DNA of 64,000 nt. Source: Gammaproteobacteria bacterium. Its GTDB lineage: Bacteria > Pseudomonadota > Gammaproteobacteria > Ga0077536. The translations under genes were made by a program, and so were the position numbers. Numbering within the stretch: position 1 is the stretch's first letter; the number at the start of each line of letters is the position of its first letter. Shown here in pieces: positions 32,503-40,071 of the stretch. The DNA is taken from contig CAXXLL010000002.1 of the NCBI GenBank assembly GCA_963662545.2, forward strand, positions 1,280,001-1,344,000, given 5' to 3'. The notes under the pieces are model-generated. The model did no database searches and was not told the DNA's origin. It saw nothing but the letters and a program-made list of their open reading frames with translations.

Positions 32503-34586
32503 AGCTGTGACTCCGCGGGCGGCGACAGGATGTAGCGGCCGCCGGCGCTGACGCGAGCGGTCGCGCCCGGATTGACCACGAGTGTGGAGGTCGTTTCCTC
32601 GATGATGGCGGGTCCTTCGACGACGGCACCGGGTGGCAGTTCTTCGCCGTAATATATCGGCGTCTCCACCTTCTCGTTACCAAAGTATACCGGGCGTTTC
32701 CGATTCACCTCGACGGTCGCCTGCGCCGCTCCAAGTCCGGGCTCCAAGGATGGCGCATTGACCGACGCGATCAAGCGGCCGCGCCAGTTCAGGCATTCCA
32801 CGGTCTGTCCTACGTCGGTAACTGCGAAAACGAGATCGTGCACGCGATGAAATTCTTCAACCAATGCCTCGACGTCTGCGTCGCTCTCAAAGCGGTTGCG
32901 CCCGACTTCGATTTCGAGTTCCCAAACCTGAAAGCGGTAGCGGGCTTCGACGAAATAGCGCTTGGCGATTTCCGTCAAGCCGCGTTTACGCAAGCCGGCG
33001 GCAAATTGATCGAGACGCGCGTCGATGTCCGCGAGCGCCGCATTGACGCCGTCAAAATCGAAGTTCTCGCTAGTGGTCAGCTTGCTCGCGCCGGTTTCCG
33101 TGATGATATCGGAGAATTGCATGCCCGCAGCGCTGAGCGCGCCGGCCGTACGGGGTACCAGCACGGTATTGCAGCCGAGTTCGGCGGCGATCGGCACGAT
33201 GCCGAGACCGCCGGCGCCGCCACCCGCGACAAGCGTCGATTCCGCAGGGTCGAGGCCCTCGTTGATGGTGAGTTCCTTGATCGCCTCGATCATGTTTTCG
33301 TTCGCCACCGCCATAATCGCGAAAGCCGCGCGTTCGAGTGATTCGCCCATCTGCTCTGCCAGTCCGCCGATGACCCTGTCGGCCGCTGCCGCATCCAAGG
33401 CCATCCGGCCGCCTAGAAAATGTGCAGGGTCGATGTAACCGAGCACGACGGCGGCGTCGGTGACGGTCGGTCGCTCGCCGGCCTTGCCGTAACACGCGGG
33501 GCCCGGGTCGGAGCCCGCCGACTGTGGGCCGACGCGCAACAGCCCGCCCGAATCGACCCAGGCAATCGAGCCCCCGCCGGCACCGATGCTGTGTACCGCC
33601 ACCGAGGCCATACCGAGGTTGTCGCCGATCCATTGCGGGCCGAGCCAGGTATCGCGCGAGAATTCGATCATGCCGTTGCGCACGAGGCTCACGTCGAAGG
33701 TAGTGCCGCCCGCGTCGCATACGATGATGCCGTTCGGCAAGTTTTCGGCTTCCACGTAGGCGAGCCCTGCCACGGGTGCCATCGCCGGGCCGGATTTGAC
33801 GAGGAAGATGGGTTTTTGCACGACGTCCGCCAGGTACATCACGCCGCCGAATGACGTGCTCACCAGAATGTCATTGTCATATCCCGCAGTGCGCAAATCC
33901 GACTGCAGTGTCACCAGGTGCTCCTGCATGAGCGGCTTCAGCGAGGCGTCGATCGCCGTCGATGATGCCCGCCGGTATTCGCGCAGGATGGGGTTCAATT
34001 GGTGCGAAAGCGTATAGGGGACGCCGGGAACGAATTCCTCGATCAATTTTCCGACACGGAGCTCATGGTCGGGATTCGCAATTGACCACAGCAGGCACAC
34101 GGCGATCGCTTCGATGTTTCGTTTCGGAAATTCCGCAAGCAGCGTGCGAACGGCGTCTTCGTCGAGCGCCGTCTCGACGCCGCCCTCGGCATTGATTCTC
34201 TCGGGCACTTCGAAAGTCAGGCGTCGCGGAATGTAAGGCGCGGGATATTCCATCTCGAGGTTGTGCGGCTCCGCCTTGCCGCCTTCCTTGAGTAACAGGA
34301 CGTCCGGGAATCCGGCGGTGGTCAAAAAGGCCGTGCGTGCGATCTTGCGTTCGATGATGCCATTGGTGGCGCGTGTCGTTCCATAAAGGAATACGGCGGT
34401 GTCGGCCAGCAGGGCTTTGGCGGAAATACCCAGTTCCTCGCCGGCCACGGCGAGGCCGGCCTCGATGGCGGAAAATGCGCGCGTTCGATCGGTCAGCGCC
34501 TTGCCAACGGTGAAATGACCCTCGCCATCGGTTACGACGACGTCCGTGAATGTGCCGCCCGTATCTACGGAGATTCGATATGTCAT
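32499..34586 (-). CDS. Hydantoinase A/oxoprolinase family protein (ATP-binding subunit)
   Basis: SVDTGGTFTD, GTTRATN, SGPA, DAGGTTFDVS, IGAGGGSIA, GPQSAGSDPGPACYG. Probable start MTYRIS at 34586. Confidence 0.95.
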   Translation of the reverse strand: MTYRISVDTGGTFTDVVVTDGEGHFTVGKALTDRTRAFSAIEAGLAVAGEELGISAKALLADTAVFLYGTTRATNGIIERKIARTAFLTTAGFPDVLLLKEGGKAEPHNLEMEYPAPYIPRRLTFEVPERINAEGGVETALDEDAVRTLLAEFPKRNIEAIAVCLLWSIANPDHELRVGKLIEEFVPGVPYTLSHQLNPILREYRRASSTAIDASLKPLMQEHLVTLQSDLRTAGYDNDILVSTSFGGVMYLADVVQKPIFLVKSGPAMAPVAGLAYVEAENLPNGIIVCDAGGTTFDVSLVRNGMIEFSRDTWLGPQWIGDNLGMASVAVHSIGAGGGSIAWVDSGGLLRVGPQSAGSDPGPACYGKAGERPTVTDAAVVLGYIDPAHFLGGRMALDAAAADRVIGGLAEQMGESLERAAFAIMAVANENMIEAIKELTINEGLDPAESTLVAGGGAGGLGIVPIAAELGCNTVLVPRTAGALSAAGMQFSDIITETGASKLTTSENFDFDGVNAALADIDARLDQFAAGLRKRGLTEIAKRYFVEARYRFQVWELEIEVGRNRFESDADVEALVEEFHRVHDLVFAVTDVGQTVECLNWRGRLIASVNAPSLEPGLGAAQATVEVNRKRPVYFGNEKVETPIYYGEELPPGAVVEGPAIIEETTSTLVVNPGATARVSAGGRYILSPPAESQL

Positions 34587-34772
34587 GGGTGGGGAAACCT
34601 GCTGTTTGAATTTTTGTATTTTATGTAGGAACGTGGAATCGGCCATGCGGGCAAGGCGCGCGCCCGCGTCGGCCATGTGTCATCTTCATCCAGACTCGTA
34701 CCTGCGATCAAGACCGTGTCATAGGGCGGATCTGGTTTTAATGTGCCGTCCCGAAATACGTAATAGATTGCG

Positions 34773-34839
34773 ATTCGCCCGCAAGCGGGCGCCTACAATG
34801 TACAAGCACGATTCCGTAGGAGCCCGCTTGCGGGCGAAT
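34773..34839. repeat. GTAG-type REP doublet, copy 3
   Basis: attcgcccgcaagcgggcgcctac … gtaggagcccgcttgcgggcgaat. Confidence 0.85.
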
Positions 34840-34889
34840 AATGAATACCGCTACAAACAACAAAGCGTCCTGTCACGCGGAACGTCTAT

Positions 34890-36008
34890 TCAGGCGGCCA
34901 GCGCTGCGGCGGGCGCAACAAAGTCGTAACCCAGTGCCTCGGCGACGGCGCTGCAGGTCACCCGGCCGCGATGGACGTTGAGGCCTTTGGCAAGTCCCGG
35001 GTCGTCCGCGAATGCGCGGTCTATGCCTTTGTCGGCGAGTGCGATCACGTAGGGCAGGGTTACATTGTTCAACGCGAACGTCGAGGTGCGCGGCACGGCG
35101 CCCGGCATATTGGCTACGCAGTAATGGACGACGCCGTCGACGACGAAGGTCGGATCCTGGTGTGTCGTTGGCCTCGAGGTTTCAAAGCATCCGCCCTGGT
35201 CAATGGCGACGTCCACAATCACGGCCCCAGGTTTCATCTGGCCGAGCATCGAACGCGTCAATAGTTTGGGCGCGGCGGCGCCGGGGATCAAAACCGCGCC
35301 GATCAGGAGATCGGCCTCAGTCAAGCATTGCTGTATGCGATCCTGGGTCGAAACCACGCACTTGACCCGGCCTTGATACTTGTCCGACAGGTGGCGCAGC
35401 CGTTCGACCGAGGTGTCGAAAATCGAGACCTCAGCGCCGAGGCCCATGGCCATCAGAGCGGCATTGTCGCCGACGACGCCGCCGCCGAGGATCAGGACTT
35501 TCGCCGGCGCGACGCCGGGTACGCCGCCGAGCAGGACGCCTTCGCCGCCTTGAGCCATCTCCAGACAATGGGCTCCCGCCTGGACCGAAAGCCGGCCGGC
35601 AACCTCGCTCATCGGGGCGAGCAGCGGCAGCGCGCCGTGGCCGTCCGTAACGGTTTCATAGGCGATTGCGGTCACGCCCGATTCGATCAAGGCCCGGGTC
35701 TGCGGGGGATCGGGGGCGAGGTGTAGAAACGTGAACAGCACCTGGTCGCGCCGCAGGCGGCCGCATTCTTCCGGCTGCGGCTCCTTGACCTTGACGATCA
35801 GGTTGGCGCGGTCGAAGACTTCCGCGACAGATTCGGCAATATCGGCGCCGGCCGCACGGTAATCTTCATCATGCATCCCGATGCCCGCACCGGCTTCAGT
35901 CTCCACCACGACCTGGTGGCCGTGGTGCACGATCTCGCCGACGCTGCCGGGCGTCAGACCGACGCGGTACTCGTGGTTTTTGATCTCCCGTGGAACGCCG
36001 ATCAACAT
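34890..36008 (-). CDS. ald: Alanine dehydrogenase
   Basis: [65 protein letters not shown]. Confidence 0.97.
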   Translation of the reverse strand: MLIGVPREIKNHEYRVGLTPGSVGEIVHHGHQVVVETEAGAGIGMHDEDYRAAGADIAESVAEVFDRANLIVKVKEPQPEECGRLRRDQVLFTFLHLAPDPPQTRALIESGVTAIAYETVTDGHGALPLLAPMSEVAGRLSVQAGAHCLEMAQGGEGVLLGGVPGVAPAKVLILGGGVVGDNAALMAMGLGAEVSIFDTSVERLRHLSDKYQGRVKCVVSTQDRIQQCLTEADLLIGAVLIPGAAAPKLLTRSMLGQMKPGAVIVDVAIDQGGCFETSRPTTHQDPTFVVDGVVHYCVANMPGAVPRTSTFALNNVTLPYVIALADKGIDRAFADDPGLAKGLNVHRGRVTCSAVAEALGYDFVAPAAALAA

Positions 36009-36177
36009 GGGCTAGCCCTCCGTCAAACAGGGCGGCTCACGGTCCGCGACCGGAGCCCGTACGTTGAAATCTACTGTAGTCCAATCGGCGCGCAATGTAC
36101 TTGCGCATCTCACTTCTAAAAGCGATGAAACACGTGTAATCTTCGAATTAATACATAGATAATCGAATTAAATTCCA

Positions 36178-36642
36178 TTGAATCCCTTGGACACCACAGA
36201 TCATGCCATCCTGCATGAACTCCAGGCCGACGGGCGCATCTCCAACGTACAACTGGCCGAGCGCGTCCATCTGTCCGAATCCGCCTGCCTGCGGCGCGTG
36301 CGCCTGCTCGAGGAGAGCGGCGTCATCGATCGGTTCACGATGATCGTCAATCAAGCGGCGGTCGGCTTGCCAGGCAACGTGTTTGCGGAGATCACGCTCA
36401 CCAGCCAGAAGCAGGAAGACCTGGACCGATTCGAGGAGGCGGTCCGGGCGGTGCCAGAGATCATGGAGTGCTACCTGATCACGGGCGAATACGATTACCT
36501 GTTGCGCGTCGTGGCGCGCGACACGGTCGACTACGAGCGCATTCACCACCAGCACCTGACCCATCTGCCCGGCGTCGCTCGGGTAAAGACGAGTTTTACG
36601 CTGCGCACCGTCGCGAAGAAAACCGAACTGCCCCTCGTCTGA
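36178..36642 (+). CDS. Lrp/AsnC family regulator (AldR-like), divergent from ald
   Basis: LQADGRISNVQLAERVHLSESACLRRVRLLEESGVI and ITGEYDYLL. Confidence 0.93.
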   Translation: MNPLDTTDHAILHELQADGRISNVQLAERVHLSESACLRRVRLLEESGVIDRFTMIVNQAAVGLPGNVFAEITLTSQKQEDLDRFEEAVRAVPEIMECYLITGEYDYLLRVVARDTVDYERIHHQHLTHLPGVARVKTSFTLRTVAKKTELPLV

Positions 36643-36776
36643 GCCGCGCCGCGCAAGCTCGCCTGCCCATGTCACGTGGCTGGGTCGAAATAAGGGTTTT
36701 CCAAGGTAAATTGCTGAAATGTCTTGTGTATGGACCGTGCCGAGGCGAATTTCGCGGCAGCCCGGGACGCGCAAAC

Positions 36777-37047
36777 TGTCCATATTTTTTACAGGCGCCC
36801 CGGGGAATATTTCGGGCCACGGATGAACTCGGAGCGCCTAAAACCGCCTGATTCAAGCTTCTATCGCCGAGCGGATCATGGGTGTGCCCTAACCGTATGC
36901 CCTAACGGTAAACGGCTTGTAAAAATTCTTGACAATCGTGTAAATCTGCCAGAACCTAGCTTAAACAATTGAAATATATAATATTTCTTAGGTGCCGACG
37001 GTGTGTCTGGGCAGCCCGGTGCATGGAAACTGTCAACATTTTTTACA
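36777..37047. promoter_or_regulatory. Three TGT-N11-ACA enhancer-like (bEBP UAS) sites at 36777-36793, 36918-36934 and 37031-37047
   Basis: tgtccatattttttaca, tgtaaaaattcttgaca (inverse orientation) and tgtcaacattttttaca. Sites 1 and 3 also share the upstream context ggcagcccgg…aaac. Confidence 0.7.
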
Positions 37048-37111
37048 TTTGGAGCACGGCTCCTGTACGGGAAAAATAGCAAGACATTGAAATATAACGA
37101 TTATTATCGGG

Positions 37112-37127
37112 TGGCGCATTTATTGCT
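37112..37127 (+). promoter_or_regulatory. sigma54 (-24/-12) promoter upstream of HxD-repeat gene
   Basis: TGGCGCATTTATTGCT matches TGGCAC-N5-TTGCW with exact GG/GC spacing. It is preceded by AT-rich, IHF-like DNA and the UAS sites. Confidence 0.8.
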
Positions 37128-37216
37128 TAAAGACATGGGTCAACGCCTCACCTGAAAGTTGAGGTGCTTGTGAGCGGATCAAGGCCAATCTACGGCTGGC
37201 AGCAAAGGGGACGATC

Positions 37217-38321
37217 ATGACCGACAAAGACCCTCATCACACCATCGAGAACGACGAAAACAGCGAGAACGCGCTTCCGCCAGAAAACCTTCAGCCGCCG
37301 CGCGCTGCTCGAAGCCGGTTGGAGCGTGCCGCTGATTGCGGCGGTGCAATTCCCGACCGACGCCTTCGCGGTGTCGGTGCCCGCGCACCAGGACACCCAA
37401 GGCCATTCCGACGCCCCAGGGTCGCAGCACGACGACGTGCCCGGCACGAGCCATGTGGATGGGGCGGGCCACGACGACACAACCAGCCCGCACGGCGACT
37501 CCACACCGCACAGCGACGGCACCCTGCACAGCGACACGCCCGACACCCACGCTGATGCCGCGCCGCACACCGACCTGGTGCCGCACAACGACAGCTTCAA
37601 TCCGCACAACGATAATAACTTTCACAACGACACCGGCCACAACGACATCAGTGATCACAACGACTCCAGCATCGCGGGATTCCACAGTGACGGGACAATC
37701 AACCATAACGACAGTAATCACAACGATGCACCACCGACCCACTTCGATTTCGGCGGGCACAACGACATCCGGCCGCACAGCGATTTCGCCGGCCAGCACT
37801 CGGACCAGGGTGCGCCCCACAGCGACTCGGGGTCCCACGCGGACGGACCATCCCCGCACTCCGACACGACGCCTGGGGCGCACAACGACGCCTTCGCCCA
37901 CAACGACGTCACCAATCCCAGTAGCCACAACGACAGCTTTTCACCGCACAACGATTTTTTCTTGCACAACGACGCCGGCCACACGGATTCGGGCGGGAGT
38001 CCAAACCACTTCGACAGCTTTGGATTTGGACATAGCGACGTTTTCTCTCCCCACTCTGACTCGGCGTTGAATCACGACGATGTACCGTTCCACTCTGATG
38101 GTGGCGGGCACAACGACTTCGTCCCGCACAGCGACCTGCCGACCCACAGCGACAACCAGAATCCGCACAACGACACCTCGAACCCGCACGCGGACGCGCC
38201 GCCGCACGACGACAGCGGCGGCCATTCCGACGGGGCACCGCACAACGACGAGCAGACACCGACGCACGGTGACACGTCGGGCACGCCGCACGGTGATGCA
38301 ACGCCCCACAACGATGCGTAG
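37217..38321 (+). CDS. His-x-Asp repeat protein (47 HxD motifs) with twin-arginine-like leader; 1-nt frameshift between 37221 and 37292
   Basis: ATG 37217 follows a purine-rich RBS. The HxD frame reads SRRALLEAGWSVPLIAAVQFPTDAFAVS before the repeats but has a stop at 37218 and no own start upstream of the RR. Confidence 0.8.
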
Positions 38322-38361
38322 CGCGAGTGCGTAGACGGGATCTATCGTGGCTTTCGCTAGC

Positions 38362-38489
38362 AAATTCTGGGGACAGTTTACTTAATTCTAGGGGAAGCGG
38401 ATTCGAGCTGACGGCTGGGGATAATTAAATAAACTGTCCCCGAAATTCCGTGGGGGAATCTCAAAGACCTCGAAGCAAGCGGATCATGG
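38362..38489. repeat. Palindromic intergenic element (ggggacagtttacttaatt…aattaaataaactgtcccc), copy A
   Basis: Terminal inverted repeat. Shares cagtttacttaattc…ggaagcggatt…ggctgg…ataat and gggaatctcaaagacctcgaag with 39923-40071. Confidence 0.8.
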
Positions 38490-38562
38490 GCGTCGCTTAA
38501 CGCGCTCGACTGCCAGGCTGCTACACTCGAACGCTTGATGCAGGCATCGCGGGGAGGCCGAC

Positions 38563-39414
38563 GTGCCGCTCGATTCAGACAGTGCGGCGCTACGTTCCCG
38601 CTTTCGCGAAGACGGGGTCGTGTTCATCGCGGGCGCACTCGATGCGCATACTCTGCAACTTGCCGAGGCCTGTTTTTATTGGACGCTCGAACACCCCGGG
38701 CCTGGTGGTGGGGCGGTGCTGGCCGGTACGCCCGGTACGTTCTACCAGGACCAAGCCAATCCCGATGCCTTCCCGGCCTACCGCGAACTGCTCTGCGACA
38801 CTGGCATACCCGATATCGCGGCGACCCTGTTCGGCTGCGACAACGTGTGGCTCATGTACGAGCAGATCTGGCTCAAGGACGGCGCCGATTCGCGCCGCAT
38901 GCCCTGGCATCAGGATCTCCCTTACCTGCCGGCGGCGGGGGAACATCTCGCTGTCATGTGGACCAATCTCGACCCGGTGGCGAAGAATTATTCGCTCGAA
39001 CTCGTGCGCGGCTCGCATCGCGGCCCACTTTACAATCCGAGCGCGTTCAACCCTGACGACGTTGCGGCCAATCTCTTCGATCCTAAGGAATGGCCGCAAT
39101 TGCCGGACATCGAGGCCGCGCGCGACGAATTTCCGATCGTTTCCTGGGCCATGCAGCCCGGCGACGTCATCGTCTTCCACCCGGCCATGCTGCACGGCGG
39201 CGCGCCGACGCGTCTAGGCTTGCGCCGGCGTGCCCTGTCGCTGCGCTTCTTCGGTGACGATGCCTGGTGCGCAGAACGCCCGCACGACGGCATGGCCAAC
39301 ATCGATGGCTTGAAGCACGACGACGGTGGGCGTCATCCGTTGAAGAAGATGGCCCTGGCGCCGCCCGGTGCGCCGTTCCGCCACCCCGATTTCCCGCGTT
39401 TGCGGCCGCTTTGA
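38563..39414 (+). CDS. PhyH-family Fe(II)/2-oxoglutarate dioxygenase
   Basis: PWHQDLPY (HxD), VRGSH, PGDVIVFHPAMLHG, RRALSLRF. Confidence 0.9.
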   Translation: MPLDSDSAALRSRFREDGVVFIAGALDAHTLQLAEACFYWTLEHPGPGGGAVLAGTPGTFYQDQANPDAFPAYRELLCDTGIPDIAATLFGCDNVWLMYEQIWLKDGADSRRMPWHQDLPYLPAAGEHLAVMWTNLDPVAKNYSLELVRGSHRGPLYNPSAFNPDDVAANLFDPKEWPQLPDIEAARDEFPIVSWAMQPGDVIVFHPAMLHGGAPTRLGLRRRALSLRFFGDDAWCAERPHDGMANIDGLKHDDGGRHPLKKMALAPPGAPFRHPDFPRLRPL

Positions 39415-39435
39415 CATCTTTCCTGGATAAAACAA

Positions 39436-39900
39436 ATGTCGCCACCATCAACGCCTGAGAGTAAGTCCTACAATTTCGATGATCGAAACATTAGCTGGTA
39501 CACATTGGGAGACCTTGATTACCTCCTATTCGCGATGCTCGACGTAGACGAAGATCGAAAGATCGTCGATTTCATTATCAAGTTCGACCCGAATGAACAG
39601 ATTGCGCTGCATCGGCATCTCACTCTGACCAATACCCTCGTAGTGCAGGGCGAGCATCGTCTTTACGAACCGAATGGCGAGATTAAGGAGATTCGACCCG
39701 TCGGAAGTTACACGTCCGCTCCGCCCGGCGAACCCCATCGAGAAGGCGGTGGTGATGAAGATTGCATCGTGTTTTACAGTACGCGCGGCGATCAAAACGG
39801 CCTGATCTTCGAAGTCCTGGATGACGACATGAATGTTGTCGGCACTTTAGGAATGGAAGACTTCAAGGCAGCGATTGCGGAGCAGAAAGCGGCTTCATAG
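39436..39900 (+). CDS. Cupin (ChrR-like) domain protein
   Basis: LHRH…TLVVQGEH…PPGEPHREGG. Confidence 0.75.
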   Translation: MSPPSTPESKSYNFDDRNISWYTLGDLDYLLFAMLDVDEDRKIVDFIIKFDPNEQIALHRHLTLTNTLVVQGEHRLYEPNGEIKEIRPVGSYTSAPPGEPHREGGGDEDCIVFYSTRGDQNGLIFEVLDDDMNVVGTLGMEDFKAAIAEQKAAS

Positions 39901-39922
39901 AATTTCTGGACCGCTACAGGCG

Positions 39923-40071
39923 AAATTCCGGACGCAGTTTACTTAATTCGACTGGAAGCGGATTGAAGCTGGTGGCTGGAAATAATCAGGTGATGTGTCC
40001 TCGAACTTCACGAAGGTCGGCCATCAGGCCGGCGGGAATCTCAAAGACCTCGAAGTAGAAGCGCCGCATGG
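39923..40071. repeat. Degenerate copy B of the 38362 element
   Basis: Aligns in direct orientation with 38362-38489. Confidence 0.7.

Noticed and set aside
37140-37205. GAAA-containing hairpin plus ggatcaagg…ctacggc in the HxD 5' UTR, resembling a c-di-GMP-I riboswitch
   Set aside because: It lacks the GGCAAA/GACGCAAAG junction signatures, so only a generic hairpin is supportable without an Rfam search.
37190-38363. Val-rich antisense and alternative-frame ORFs over the HxD gene
   Set aside because: These are shadows of CAC-NNC-GAC codon repeats. The promoter, RBS and leader support the + strand HxD frame.
38362-40071. Integron attC-type cassette array
   Set aside because: No RYYYAAC/GTTRRRY core sites and no integrase in the window.
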